A stretch of 64,000 bases of DNA from an uncultured SAR324 cluster bacterium (GCA_905182865.1 CAJJCY010000002.1:131040-195039), one strand, 5' to 3'. Counted from the stretch's first letter, positions 50,107 to 61,228 are shown. Numbers and translations are program-made. Notes: generated from the sequence alone by a model not told the origin.

Positions 50107-52017
50107 CTAGCGTATGGTTTTACGCCGCCGTCTTGTGCGGAGTCGGTAAACAATCAGACCTATTATTCCGACGATTAGTGGTACGAGCAGCATGTTCAGC
50201 AGGAGCAATCCCTGCCCCAGCCGCTCGATATCCTGTCGCAAAATTTTGCGGACTTCCCGCAACTTTCGGCGTGCCTGCCTTTCCTCTTCCCTGAACTTCT
50301 CAATTTCAATCTGAACTTCCGGAGGCAAAATAACTTCTGACTGTCCTTGTTCACCAGCAGATTCGAGCAGACTATTCAAACGCTGCTGTACTTCCTCCAA
50401 CTGAGAAAGAAGCAGTTTTTCTTCAGTTTGATGGCGAAGTTGAGCCTGTCGCTGCATGGCCAGTAAACGATTGAAAGGCCTTGAAAAACGTCCCCGTGAA
50501 CGAATGCTCATTAGCGCTTCATTGCCCGAAAGATGTTCGGCGGCATTGAGCATTAGATTCAGATTGTCATTTCTCGGCTGGATGATTGTTTGACCGAGAA
50601 AATTAAGTTTTTGTACAGAAAACTGATCGGAGAGAAAATCAACATCACTGAAAAGCAAAATTGAATTTAGCTCTGCGGCTTCAAGCAAATGTGGATGCTT
50701 CAGCGGTGTTTCTTCTTCACTTTCTTCACCAGCTGCAGATGCTTCAGGATTCTTTTTTTCTTTGACCGGTTGGCCATTCGGGAAAGCACTTGAAAATATA
50801 CCGGTTGTTATTGCCATTACTGCTTTCGCCTCACCATCCACTTTCATATCTCTAGACAATTGATCCGGAGCCGCAAACCTTAATTGGAAAGCATCGATCA
50901 AACCGCTTTTAGCTGATAATGAAAGCAAAGGTGTAAATTCGGTTTTACTGTCAGCAGCTTTTTTTAAGGAACCTGCCTCTACGAAAAGCAAATTTTCCAG
51001 CTGGGCTGTGATTGGATGTTTTTGATCCAGCGAATCGGAGCGGAAAGTCATCCACATTGGAAAGCTCATCACACCCTGCCCAGTATTGACTTGAGTAGCA
51101 TACAGACGGTCTCCAACTACTTTTGCTACATCGTAGTCTACACCCCACTGTTTGAGTAGTTCCGGAAGATCGCTGGAAAGTTGCGGCTGCTGACCAAACT
51201 GATTTGCAGGCGATGTCATATCAATTCGTGCATTTGGGTCCAGCATTACTACGAGCCGCCCTCCACGCAACACGTATTGATCGACTGCATATCTCAAACG
51301 CGAATTGAAACTACGAGGGTGCAGGACAATCAACAGGTTGATATCATCAGGAATCTCTTCTATTGTCAAAGCCAGGTTTTCAACTGTTACTGATTTTTCC
51401 AACTCATTGAGAAAAACCCATTTTTGTGCTGGAGGCTGCCCTGGAATCATTGACCTTCCTCCCTGAAGATTCAAGACACTCAGCAGGCCAACCTTGGAAG
51501 TTGAGGGGGAACCGACTTTTTGAATGGCCTGGGAAATATCATATTCTAAAAGATTTTCCCGACGCTGATCAAAATATGGTAGTAGCATTTCCTGATCCAG
51601 CATGGAAATCACTGCTCCAAAATATACCGTGTTTCCAGAAGGCAGAGTAATGGGTTTGATTCCATATTTTTGTGCCCACTCCTCTTCATCAGTATCTGGT
51701 TTTGGATCCAAAATTTTCAGAACTACCATACTCTTTGAAAGTGCAACATATTCTTCAAGCAGTTCCTGTACACGTTGTGCATAAATTTTGAAGTTTGGAG
51801 GCAGTTCAGAATTGTTTCTGGAATAGTAAAAATTGATCCTGACTGGATCAGTCAAACCTGCCAGTATCTTCTTGGAACCTTCTGAAATTGTGTAAAGGCG
51901 CTCCTCTGTTAGATCATAACGTAACGGTAAAAAGTGAGCCATCAAATTTACTGTCACTAGACAAATCAACAGCAGCAAAACACTGCCCCAGGTACTGGGT
52001 AACGAAACTTTCTTCAT
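50107..52017 (-). CDS. GldG-like auxiliary component of an ABC-2 transport system
   Basis: 636 aa with an N-terminal TM, then RYDLTEERLYTISEGSKKILAGLTDPVRINFYYS (a GldG/ABC_transp_aux pattern), then a C-terminal coiled region and TM anchor. Confidence 0.75.
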   Translation of the reverse strand: MKKVSLPSTWGSVLLLLICLVTVNLMAHFLPLRYDLTEERLYTISEGSKKILAGLTDPVRINFYYSRNNSELPPNFKIYAQRVQELLEEYVALSKSMVVLKILDPKPDTDEEEWAQKYGIKPITLPSGNTVYFGAVISMLDQEMLLPYFDQRRENLLEYDISQAIQKVGSPSTSKVGLLSVLNLQGGRSMIPGQPPAQKWVFLNELEKSVTVENLALTIEEIPDDINLLIVLHPRSFNSRLRYAVDQYVLRGGRLVVMLDPNARIDMTSPANQFGQQPQLSSDLPELLKQWGVDYDVAKVVGDRLYATQVNTGQGVMSFPMWMTFRSDSLDQKHPITAQLENLLFVEAGSLKKAADSKTEFTPLLSLSAKSGLIDAFQLRFAAPDQLSRDMKVDGEAKAVMAITTGIFSSAFPNGQPVKEKKNPEASAAGEESEEETPLKHPHLLEAAELNSILLFSDVDFLSDQFSVQKLNFLGQTIIQPRNDNLNLMLNAAEHLSGNEALMSIRSRGRFSRPFNRLLAMQRQAQLRHQTEEKLLLSQLEEVQQRLNSLLESAGEQGQSEVILPPEVQIEIEKFREEERQARRKLREVRKILRQDIERLGQGLLLLNMLLVPLIVGIIGLIVYRLRTRRRRKTIR

Positions 52018-52085
52018 TATCTTTTATAGTACAAAGTTCATTTAAGCAGATTTTAGGTTAATAATAAATTGAGTTCTCTGTTAAA

Positions 52086-52826
52086 TCAGGATGCTTTGTG
52101 CGACTCAAGAACAACAACATTCAACATCAACATAATGACAATAATAGATACAAAATAAATTATATCCCTGAGATCAATCACTCCTCTGCGAATCGCTTCA
52201 TAGTGTGTGGTGAAACTAAACTGGCTGACGAAATCACTGATCCAGACAGGAAAAACCGAATTTAATGTGTCACCTAAAACACCCCATCCTAACAAAACCA
52301 GCACCAGACAAATGTTAACGCTCAGAATAAAACTGATTACCTGATTTTTTGTCAGAGCAGAGGTGCAGCTGGCAATAGCAAGGTAGGAACCCGCCATCAA
52401 AAAGCTGCCTAAATATCCGGTAATGATTGGTCCATTATCCGGACTTCCCAAAAAATAAACTGTCAAAACCATTGGAAAAGTGAGCATCAAAGCAATTCCA
52501 ATAAAAACCCATGCTGCAAAAAACTTTGCAAAGACAGTAGTTGTAAGTCTTACAGGAAAAGTGAGTAGCAACTCTGCAGTTCCAGAACGACGTTCCTCTG
52601 ACCAGAGACGCATACCGACTGCAGGAATCAGAAATAAATAAAGCCAGGGATGGAAGAGGAAAAAGATTTCAAGACTTGCCTGCTGCGAGTCGTAAAAATT
52701 TCCAAGAAAAAAAGTGCAACCTGCATTTGCTGCCAAAAAAATAATGATGAAAACATAGGCCACCGGCGAACGAAAGTATGCCAGTAGTTCCCGTTTGAAT
52801 ATTGGATAAAATCCGTTCATAGACAA
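52086..52826 (-). CDS. ABC-2 type transporter permease (GldF-like)
   Basis: 246 aa with 6 hydrophobic segments. The N-terminus FKRELLAYFRSPVAYVFIIIFL is typical of ABC-2 permeases. Confidence 0.75.
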   Translation of the reverse strand: MSMNGFYPIFKRELLAYFRSPVAYVFIIIFLAANAGCTFFLGNFYDSQQASLEIFFLFHPWLYLFLIPAVGMRLWSEERRSGTAELLLTFPVRLTTTVFAKFFAAWVFIGIALMLTFPMVLTVYFLGSPDNGPIITGYLGSFLMAGSYLAIASCTSALTKNQVISFILSVNICLVLVLLGWGVLGDTLNSVFPVWISDFVSQFSFTTHYEAIRRGVIDLRDIIYFVSIIVIMLMLNVVVLESHKAS

Positions 52827-52883
52827 TCTTTTAGATTTCAGTTTCTGTTGTAAGTAAAATGACAGGTTGTCAGCCTTCAGTTG

Positions 52884-53821
52884 TTAGTCATTGGTCGTAA
52901 GATCTCTAAAGACTTCTTCCATTCGCCCTCGATCTACTACAAACTGCTCAATAGGTATCTTTTTTGAGAACAAATAATGTTCAAGCTGACGCGTAATGGA
53001 TTCTTTATTTTGTGGGAACAAACGCATAGTAACCAGTCCCTGACGTTTCTCCAGGAAGATGTTCAACAGAATAAACAAAATCGAGTTTATTAAAATCATT
53101 CATCAAGGGGATATGATCCTCCGCGTTCACACTAACTGTAACGGAGTTACGGTAAAGAGATTGAGACATTAGTTCATCAGGTGTTCCATAGCCCACAACC
53201 CGACCTTCTGAAATGATCATGGCACGTGTACAGACAGCATCAACCTCTTCTAAAATATGTGTAGAAATCAAAATAGTTCTGTCTTCACTCATATTTTTGA
53301 TTAAGGTACGTACCTCATGTTTTTGATTTGGATCAAGGCCATCAGTCGGCTCATCAAGAATTAGAACAGGTGGATCGTGAATTAATGCTTGTGCCAAACT
53401 TGTACGCTGCCGAAAGCCCTTTGAAAGAGTTTCTATCATTTGATTTTCGACTTCTCTAAGTGAAGTCATATCGACCACGATGCTAACCCGTCTTTTTAAC
53501 TCTTTTCCACTGAATCCCCGAATTTCTGCAACAAAACTAAGAAACTCTCCAACCAGCATTTCGTCATAAGAAGGAGCACTTTCAGGAAGGTATCCGATTT
53601 GGTTGCGAACCTCCAGTGGATTTTCCAAAATGCTGAAACCACAAATTTCTGCTGTACCCGAGCTTGGTGGAATGAAACAGGTCAGCATTTTCATGGTTGT
53701 CGATTTACCTGCTCCGTTTGGACCAAGGAAACCTAAGACTTCACCCTTCTGAACTTCAAATGAAACTTGATCGACTGCCAGGAAGTTGTTAAAATTTTTG
53801 CTCAGTGATGAACTCAATCAT
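52884..53821 (-). CDS. ABC transporter ATP-binding protein (GldA-like), frame-disrupted at both ends
   Basis: The main ORF 53005-53817 has Walker A GPNGAGKSTT, signature LSKGFRQR and Walker B LILDEPTDGLD. The true ATG is probably 53821 (MIE..), one frame off. The C-terminal ~40 aa lie in ORF 52884-53099, in a different frame. Confidence 0.8.
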
Positions 53822-53955
53822 AAAAACTGTACTTAAATTTCTAGCTATTTTGAGATATATAAAAAATGAATTTTATATCTTAATTAAAATTGTATCAAGA
53901 CAAAACACATAACTCAACTCTGTCTATTGGGTAACAATCGAAGTCAGGAAAGAAA

Positions 53956-54765
53956 ATGAGAAGTAAGAAGAAGAATCCTCAATTTTTGCAATCACCAGAT
54001 ACTGGTAAGCAACACATGCTCAATCCAGAGTTGGAAGGAAATTCATTTTTTTGGGATGGTGGAAAAATCGGAGTACTTCTGCTGCACGGTCTCACTGCAA
54101 CCACTGCAGAGGTACGACCCCTGGCAAAACAATTCCATGATGCTGGATTTACTGTTTCAGGAGTCCTGCTTCCAGGTCATGGAACAACACCGGAAAATCT
54201 GAATGAGACTTCACGCACAGAATGGCTTGGAGCCAGTGAAAAAGCATATTTAGAATTAAAGGAAAAATGTTCAAACATATTTGTGGGAGGAGAATCAGCT
54301 GGAGCTTTACTTGCTCTTCACTTAGCCAGTGAACATCCTGAAATAAAAGGTCTTTTACTTTATGCGCCGGCCATGCGATTGGCTTCCTCTTTCCTCCAAA
54401 AACTTATTATGGTCATAGCCTCACCTTTTGTTTTTGCCATCCCAAAGAAAACAGAAAAGAACAGGGATCAAATGCCATGGCAGGGTTACAAAGTCAATCC
54501 CTTAAAAGCAGTGGTTCAACTTTTGAAATTACAGTCAGAAACTAAGCTCCGTCTGTTTAGAATATATCAACCTATTTTGATTATTCAGGCAAATTTGGAT
54601 CAAACTGTAGATTTAAATAGCGGTGACATTATTTTACAAGGAGTTCAATCTGCAGTCCGTGAATCTCACTGGATGGAACAATCAAGACATGTAGTCATTC
54701 TCGACAGGGAGCTTAAAGATGTAGCGGATATTTCATTAGAGTTTTTAGATAAATTAATCCAATAA
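53956..54765 (+). CDS. alpha/beta hydrolase (carboxylesterase-like)
   Basis: 269 aa with an HG oxyanion region (LLLHGLTAT) and nucleophile elbow GESAGA. Confidence 0.7.
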   Translation: MRSKKKNPQFLQSPDTGKQHMLNPELEGNSFFWDGGKIGVLLLHGLTATTAEVRPLAKQFHDAGFTVSGVLLPGHGTTPENLNETSRTEWLGASEKAYLELKEKCSNIFVGGESAGALLALHLASEHPEIKGLLLYAPAMRLASSFLQKLIMVIASPFVFAIPKKTEKNRDQMPWQGYKVNPLKAVVQLLKLQSETKLRLFRIYQPILIIQANLDQTVDLNSGDIILQGVQSAVRESHWMEQSRHVVILDRELKDVADISLEFLDKLIQ

Positions 54766-54893
54766 GCGAAAACCGTTTTCTATATAGTTCTCAGTCTTTG
54801 AACATTTTTTCTTGAGGCCACTCTTGGATGTGTTAAACTGTGCAGCATAGAAAAATAAATTCAATTTACAGATCAATCAGCCCATAGATAATT

Positions 54894-56921
54894 ATGCCAG
54901 CAGACAAATATAAAAACATAATAGAAGTGGCCCGACAAAGGGCAATGGAGCATCCGGACAGAAACTGTGTTATTTTCCTTGAAGATGGAGAGAAACCGGT
55001 TGTCGGCAGCGGAACTTCAGGTTCCATGACTTACCAGGAAAATGACCGCGCTGCTCGTCAGGTTGCTGGAGCACTGCAAAAACGTGGAATTAAACAAGGT
55101 GAGCGAGTGCTCGTTATCCTTCCCAACAGCCTGGAGTTTGTCAAAGTTTTTTACGGCTGTTTGTATGCAGGAATTCTTGCAGTTCCCATGTCAGAACCAG
55201 CAGGACCGCAAAACATGGCTGCCTATCTGGAAACGTTTTTACCGACTTTAAAAGTCAGTAAACCAAGCTTGCTGGTTGCAACAACATTGATGGTGGATTT
55301 TTTACGTAACCAGTTGCCTCCGGAACTGCAAAAAGTTTTTGCGGAACTTACAATTGCGTCTGCAGAAGAAATTCTTGCAGAAAAGGATGGCGAATATTCT
55401 CAACCCGAAATTAATTCTACAGACACTGCATATTTACAGTTCACTTCCGGAAGTACAGGAACTCCTAAAGGCATCATGATTGGGCACAGTAATTTGATGT
55501 CAAATTTGGAAGAAGCCCGCAAATTTATGCAGCTGAAAGAGGGAAACGGAACCGTGGTCTGGCTGCCGCTCTTTCACGATTTTGGTTTAGCCGCGGGAAT
55601 GATGGGGGCACTTTATTCTGGAGGGTTCGTGGTTTTGATGACACCTGCACATTTCATCCGGAAGCCCCTGCGTTGGCTCAATGCGATGTCAAAGTACAAG
55701 TGCGCACACAGCTACGTTCCACCATTTGCCCTCGATTTATGTATGAAAAAAATATCGAATGACGAACTTGCTCAACTCGATTTATCCTGCATGGTTTCTG
55801 TAACAGACGGCTCTGAGCCGGTTCATTATTTACCAACCAAAAAATTTAATGAGCGTTTTGCAAAATGTGGCTTGAAGCCGGATGTAATCCGTCCCGGATT
55901 TGGTATGGCGGAAATAGTGATCATGTTTTCGGGCAGTAAAACGGGTCTGCATGGACTTTGCGTTGATCGGCATGTTTTGGAAACAGAAGGACGGGTTAAA
56001 TTACTGGAAGAGAATGCTGCGGAAACAGACAAAAAGATGCTTGTCAATTTGGGTTCTCAAATGGACGGTCACGAAATTGTTATCAAAGGTGCAGAAAACC
56101 AGCTACTTCCGGAAGGAGAAGTAGGAGAGCTGATGGTAAGCGGCCCCTCTGTTGCCCAGGGATATTATGAAAACAAACAGGCTACTGAAGAAATTTTTCT
56201 GCAAAAAATTAAAGGCAAAGAACAACCATTTCTGGCAACCGGCGATACAGCACTGCTCTGGAAGGGGAACCTTTATTTTGCGGGCAGAATCAAAGACATC
56301 ATCATTATTCGCGGACGTAATTATTATCCGCATGACATCGAACTAGTGCTTTCAAGAGTAGAAGAATTACGGCCGGGATGCTTGATGGCTTATGCTTCAG
56401 GAGTAGAAAATGAGTCGGAGCATTTAGCGGTTGCTGTGGAAGTTCGTGCTGATTTAATTAAAGACATGGATGTTTTCCGTAAATATGTTTTGAATTCCAT
56501 TGATCAGCAAATCATTGAAATCGTCGGTAAACATTTTCAGATCACACCAAGTGAACGCCTGTATTTGGAACCTGGTACTATTGCCAAAACTTCCAGTGGA
56601 AAAATAAAACACCTACGAAACCGTAAAACTTTTGCAGAAGAGCATTTTGATGGACTTTTAGAGCGGCTAGTAAGTTCACAGGACGAGGAAGATACAGAAA
56701 CTGACGAAACAAAACCTTCATTGAAAAATGAGATTGTTGCACTCTTTAAAAAAGTTGTTTCTCTGGAACCGGATTTGGATCAGCCGATTTTGGATTGTGG
56801 TGCAGACTCGGTGGTGATTGTTGAGTTTATAGACCAGATTGAGACAAAATATTCACAGAGTTTTGAAGTTGAAGATAATACCAGCCTGCATGATATTATC
56901 GGACAGATTAAATCTAGTTAG
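54894..56921 (+). CDS. fatty acyl-AMP ligase (FAAL) fused to a C-terminal acyl carrier domain
   Basis: 675 aa with AMP-binding motifs (YLQFTSGSTGTPKGIM, GDTAL..GRIKDIIIIRGRNYYPHDIE). The last ~80 aa contain a phosphopantetheine-site-like GADSV. Confidence 0.75.
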   Translation: MPADKYKNIIEVARQRAMEHPDRNCVIFLEDGEKPVVGSGTSGSMTYQENDRAARQVAGALQKRGIKQGERVLVILPNSLEFVKVFYGCLYAGILAVPMSEPAGPQNMAAYLETFLPTLKVSKPSLLVATTLMVDFLRNQLPPELQKVFAELTIASAEEILAEKDGEYSQPEINSTDTAYLQFTSGSTGTPKGIMIGHSNLMSNLEEARKFMQLKEGNGTVVWLPLFHDFGLAAGMMGALYSGGFVVLMTPAHFIRKPLRWLNAMSKYKCAHSYVPPFALDLCMKKISNDELAQLDLSCMVSVTDGSEPVHYLPTKKFNERFAKCGLKPDVIRPGFGMAEIVIMFSGSKTGLHGLCVDRHVLETEGRVKLLEENAAETDKKMLVNLGSQMDGHEIVIKGAENQLLPEGEVGELMVSGPSVAQGYYENKQATEEIFLQKIKGKEQPFLATGDTALLWKGNLYFAGRIKDIIIIRGRNYYPHDIELVLSRVEELRPGCLMAYASGVENESEHLAVAVEVRADLIKDMDVFRKYVLNSIDQQIIEIVGKHFQITPSERLYLEPGTIAKTSSGKIKHLRNRKTFAEEHFDGLLERLVSSQDEEDTETDETKPSLKNEIVALFKKVVSLEPDLDQPILDCGADSVVIVEFIDQIETKYSQSFEVEDNTSLHDIIGQIKSS

Positions 56922-56935
56922 AATATATATTTTTG

Positions 56936-57791
56936 TTAAGTATTTTTCAAACTTTCCACAATCTTAAACTCAAATGCTCTGTCATGACTCAGGCTTGGAA
57001 TTCGATTTCGTGCAGAGTTAACCTCTTCCAGATTAATATTTACATTGATAAATCCTGAATCTGCTCCTCCATCAGCAAGTATTTCACCCCAGGGATTGAT
57101 GATCAATGAATGACCATAGATTTCACCGCCTCCCTCAACCCACGGACCCAGTGTGCCAGTGAGCCAAGTCCAGTCAGTCAATTGCACGAGCACGATTTAA
57201 AATATGCCAATGGGCTTCACCAGTTTTTTTTGTAAATGCTGCAGGAACAAACAATATCTCTGCGCCTGATTGTGATAAATCACGATAAAGATGTGGGAAA
57301 CGTAAATCGTAACAGATTGTCTGTCCGAAGCATCCTAAAGGCGTTTGGCAAATTACGGCTGTCTGACCGCCATGAACAGTGGCACTTTCACGATATGATT
57401 CCTTTTCCGACAGTGTTATGTCAAACAAATGAATTTTGTCGTAGCGACTGATGATGTTCCCACAATCATCAATAATAAAACTGCGATTCAAAAACTTTTC
57501 CGCAGGACCTTTTATAGCAATTGAACCAATAAGCAGATATTTTTTCCGGGTTTTTGCAAAGTCCATGAGACCTTTTAAAACTGGATGAGACTCCTCAGCT
57601 TCAAATGGAGGAGCAAATGCAGAACCTTCAGTTTTCAACCCACCACAATATTCCGGTAGCGTAATAATTTCCGCTCCAGCTTCAATCGCCTCTTCTGCAA
57701 GTGCAATTGCTTCATCAAGAGCTGATTGAAAATCTGGTCTTGGACGGGTTTGAAGACAGGCAATATTGATCTGTCTTTTCGAATTAATCAT
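56936..57791 (-). CDS. carbon-nitrogen hydrolase (nitrilase superfamily, omega-amidase-like), frame-disrupted
   Basis: ORF 57174-57791 holds the catalytic Glu (LPEY), Lys (KIHLFD) and Cys (ICYDLRFP). The C-terminal part lies in ORF 56936-57193. The frames differ by 1. Confidence 0.8.
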
Positions 57792-58771
57792 GCTGAATTG
57801 CTTTCAGTAAAATTTTGATAATCATCCGGAAAGGGTGCCTTGAATTCCAGCCATTCTCCGGAAACAGGATGTTCAAATCCCAAAATTTCTGCGTGCAAAG
57901 CCTGACGCTTAAAATTTGTAAGCGTCTGACTTAATTCTGTGGAAATCCCTGAAAGCTGCTTAAGAGGCGATTTACCATATTTCGGATCACCAATTACCGG
58001 ATGACCAATCGAAGTCAAGTGCACCCGAATTTGATGGGTACGACCTGTTTCCAGGCGACAGGCAAGTAATGTGGAAAATTCAAACCGTCGCAAAACACGC
58101 CAGTGCGTTACTGCAGATTTTCCTTTATCCCTGCCGCTTTCCTCAGGATTATCGTTTTCAACAATTGACATATCTTTGCGACGCACCGGATGACGCCTCA
58201 TAGCCGCGTTGACGACTCCATGTTCTTTTTCCGCAACACCCCAAACCAAGCATTGATACTGCCGCTTGACTGAATGCTGCTTAAACTGATTTGATAAATG
58301 CAGATGAGCATCATCGCTTTTTGCAACCACCAAGACTCCGGAGGTATCTTTGTCGATCCGGTGTACAATTCCGGGACGCATAATTCCTCCGATTCCGGAA
58401 AGATCCTGACAATGATGAATTAAGAAATTAACCAGAGTTCCGGAAGCATGTCCGGCAGAAGGGTGAACCACAACTCCTGAGGCTTTGTTGATAACGATTA
58501 AATGTTCGTCTTCATATAAAATATCAAGAACTCCCTTTTCCGGAAGAACTTCCGTTGATTCCGGCGGAGGAATTGTAACTGAAATTTCCTGTCCTGCACG
58601 TACCCTCCGCGAAGGGGCCAATTCCGGTTTTCCGTTTAGTAAAACATTACCGGATTTTATAAGCCGCTGTGCCTGTGCACGTGAAACTATTTCATCCAAC
58701 GCTGTCAACAACTGATCTACCCTCTTTCCTGTTTCACTTTCTTGGACAGAGCGTGTGATGGAAGCAGTCAT
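57788..58771 (-). CDS. rluD: 23S rRNA pseudouridine synthase, RluA family (RluD-like, N-terminal S4 domain)
   Basis: 327 aa with catalytic motif HRIDKDTSGVLVVAK and a downstream GRTHQIRVH. Confidence 0.85.
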   Translation of the reverse strand: MTASITRSVQESETGKRVDQLLTALDEIVSRAQAQRLIKSGNVLLNGKPELAPSRRVRAGQEISVTIPPPESTEVLPEKGVLDILYEDEHLIVINKASGVVVHPSAGHASGTLVNFLIHHCQDLSGIGGIMRPGIVHRIDKDTSGVLVVAKSDDAHLHLSNQFKQHSVKRQYQCLVWGVAEKEHGVVNAAMRRHPVRRKDMSIVENDNPEESGRDKGKSAVTHWRVLRRFEFSTLLACRLETGRTHQIRVHLTSIGHPVIGDPKYGKSPLKQLSGISTELSQTLTNFKRQALHAEILGFEHPVSGEWLEFKAPFPDDYQNFTESNSA

Positions 58772-59915
58772 AACAACATACTCTCCGCTAAGAGATTCAA
58801 GGATCGGTCTAAGTCTTCCATGGATTGGGCGTAGCTGATCCGGACAAAACCTTCCGCTCCAAGGCCAAAATCCCGTCCGGGTGCAATAGCAACACCAGTT
58901 TTTTCCAGCACTTCATGACAAAGATCCAGAGAAATTTTTCGGAATCGCGATACTTGTAAAGCACATAAAACGCACCTGTTGGAGTATATCCCAGATCCAT
59001 TCCAAGTTCGTGCATGCGATCCAAAACAAACAGTCGTCTACGATTAAATTCCGTTTTCATACTTTCACAGTAAGCTACACTTTTACGCAAAACGGATATT
59101 CCTGCTTCCTGTACAAACTCTGTTGCAGAAATCATCAGGTTTTGATGCAGACGATCAGCCGCAGACATCCATTCCAGGGGAGTAATCATGTAGCCCAGGC
59201 GCCATCCAGTCATGGCGTAAGATTTAGAAAAACCATGAATTGCCACCGTTTGGGGCGAATAACTTAAAAAGCTGCACGGCGGATCCTCAAAACTCAAATC
59301 CGCATATATTTCGTCAGAAATTACCGGAATATCCAATTCGGCGATGGCCTTCATCACTTCGGAAGAAAAGACCACACCGGTAGGATTCATTGGTGAATTT
59401 ATGAGTATGGCTCTGGTTTTAGGTGTCACTCTTTTTTTAAGATCATCAACATTCAACTGAAAACCATCTTCGTGTCTCAACTTAACCATAACAGGCTCTG
59501 AACCAGCCAGTCGTACTACATTTTCGTAACAGGCATAACAAGGATCAGTGAGAATGACTTGGCTTCCGGGTGGAGCAAGTATTCGAATTGCCAAATAAAG
59601 CAAAAGCGATGACCCATTTGAAACAAGAACTTGTTCCGGAAGAATTTTGACTCCGTAATCATTTGCGTATTTTTTTACAATTTCGTTTCGCAACTCCTCC
59701 AGGCCTTGAGAAAAAGTATATCCGGCATCATTAATTTTCATACTTTTTTTGACAGATTCTGTTGCTGCCGGAGGTGCAGTAAAATCAGGCTCACCAAATT
59801 CAAGATGTATGATATCTCGACCTTGGGCTTCAAGTGCCTGTGCTTTGGCAAAAATCTCCATTGCCAGAAATGAATCGATGGAGTCAAGGTGTGACGTTTG
59901 AGAGGTACTGATCAT
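58768..59915 (-). CDS. pyridoxal-phosphate aminotransferase class I/II (aspartate aminotransferase-like), C-terminal frameshift
   Basis: ORF 58809-59915 has SKSYAMTGWRLGY (the PLP lysine). After about 58935 the conserved tail (SLDLCHEVLEKTGVAIAPGRDFGLGAEGFVRISYAQSMEDL..) is read one frame off. It ends at a TGA overlapping the rluD ATG (58768-58771). Confidence 0.85.
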
Positions 59916-60026
59916 ATTTTAGCAGTTATGTTGTGTGATCGTTATTGAGAGTTAAAGTGCTTTAAAAAAGTTTTCTTTGTCTTCCTGGACTTGACTCGAA
60001 ATCCAGCAGACTTACAACGGTTTCCA

Positions 60027-60064
60027 CTGGATTCCGAGCCTCCACTTCTCTGCCCGGAATGACA
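60027..60064. repeat. short repeat CTGGATTCC...CCGGAATGACA, copy 2 (degenerate core)
   Basis: The sequence ctggattccgagcctccacttctctgcccggaatgaca shares both termini with 50031-50069. Confidence 0.5.
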
Positions 60065-60097
60065 CTGGATAAGATCCAATTTCTGTTTTATTAGTGC

Positions 60098-61228
60098 CTA
60101 ATTTTTGATTGATGTACGTTTTTTCTCACCAAGTTTAAAGCGTTTTGCACCATCAAGGTATTTCAAACCTTCTTCATAAGTGTCTGGTAAAATGACCGGA
60201 ATCAGTTGTAGTTTCCCGGAATCATCCAGGGCATTAAAGGTAAAGTAGCATACATTAGTGAGCTGTGTCTCTCCGGATTTTGGTCGAATGACCTCTGTGA
60301 CAACTTCAACCATCAATGATTTATCAACAGTGTAAACAACTGTTCCTGTAAACGAAATAATTGAACCAATTTCAACCGGCTTGTAGAAATACATGTGATC
60401 CATGCTGACAAACTGCGGCCTTTTTCTACAGAAAAGATAAGTAATATTCCAAGCCAGTTCAAAAGCCTCCCGCATCAGGTAGCCACCAAAAATATTGTTA
60501 TGTACATTGCGGGACTGTGGGTGCATCAACAATGTGGACTGACGAATTGAGTCCTTCATGGATACACCTTTTATTTCACTATTCTTGATCAGTAAAAACA
60601 GATCATGCAGAACATGGCTTTCATCTGCAGTAGGTGTGTTATGAAGATAACTTGTTTGCGCTATTGCTCGTCGTTCCTGCTGACGCTGCTCTCCCTGCTT
60701 AAAACGCCGTTGCTCGTTCTTGTTCACTGGTTCAAGTGAATTCACCGGCTCAGCTTTTCCTTCACTCCGGGCAACCATAATAAAATACGCACGAGCTACT
60801 CTTACCCATGATTTACCTTCTTTAGACGAAATACGAACTCCAACTTCCAGTGAACTGCGTCCCACCCAGTTGATGCTGGAAAGCAGCTGCAGATCACGAT
60901 CACTGCGCAATTCGCCTAATAAATCAATGCGATCACATGCAGCTGTGACTATAGTCATACCTCGTTCCCAACCTTCTGTGTGTTTGTAGGCAACTTCTCC
61001 TGCAATCAGATCCAAATCTTCCAGCATTTTTCCCAGGCGCAATCCTCCAAAAAAATTAATATAACGGTCACGCAGTTCCAAATCTGTACTGAAAGGCAAA
61101 ATCTTTTCAAATGCAGAATCCGTTACTTTAGATGTTACTAGAGGCTTATTAGATACTTCAGTAAGTTTTACCCTGGATGGCGAAACCTGTTCTCCAACTG
61201 GAATATCAGACATAATCAATATCAGCAA
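60098..61228 (-). CDS. acyl-CoA thioesterase, tandem hotdog-fold
   Basis: 376 aa with two hotdog-like halves (..GGLRLGKMLEDLDLIAGEVAY.. and ..IFGGYLMREAFELAWNITYLF..). The true start is possibly MSDIP (about 61210). Confidence 0.6.
   Translation of the reverse strand: MLILIMSDIPVGEQVSPSRVKLTEVSNKPLVTSKVTDSAFEKILPFSTDLELRDRYINFFGGLRLGKMLEDLDLIAGEVAYKHTEGWERGMTIVTAACDRIDLLGELRSDRDLQLLSSINWVGRSSLEVGVRISSKEGKSWVRVARAYFIMVARSEGKAEPVNSLEPVNKNEQRRFKQGEQRQQERRAIAQTSYLHNTPTADESHVLHDLFLLIKNSEIKGVSMKDSIRQSTLLMHPQSRNVHNNIFGGYLMREAFELAWNITYLFCRKRPQFVSMDHMYFYKPVEIGSIISFTGTVVYTVDKSLMVEVVTEVIRPKSGETQLTNVCYFTFNALDDSGKLQLIPVILPDTYEEGLKYLDGAKRFKLGEKKRTSIKN

Noticed and set aside
5479-60064. CRISPR array formed by the palindromic repeats
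   Set aside because: The copies are kilobases apart, are not separated by uniform spacers, and occur as inverted pairs. No cas genes are present.
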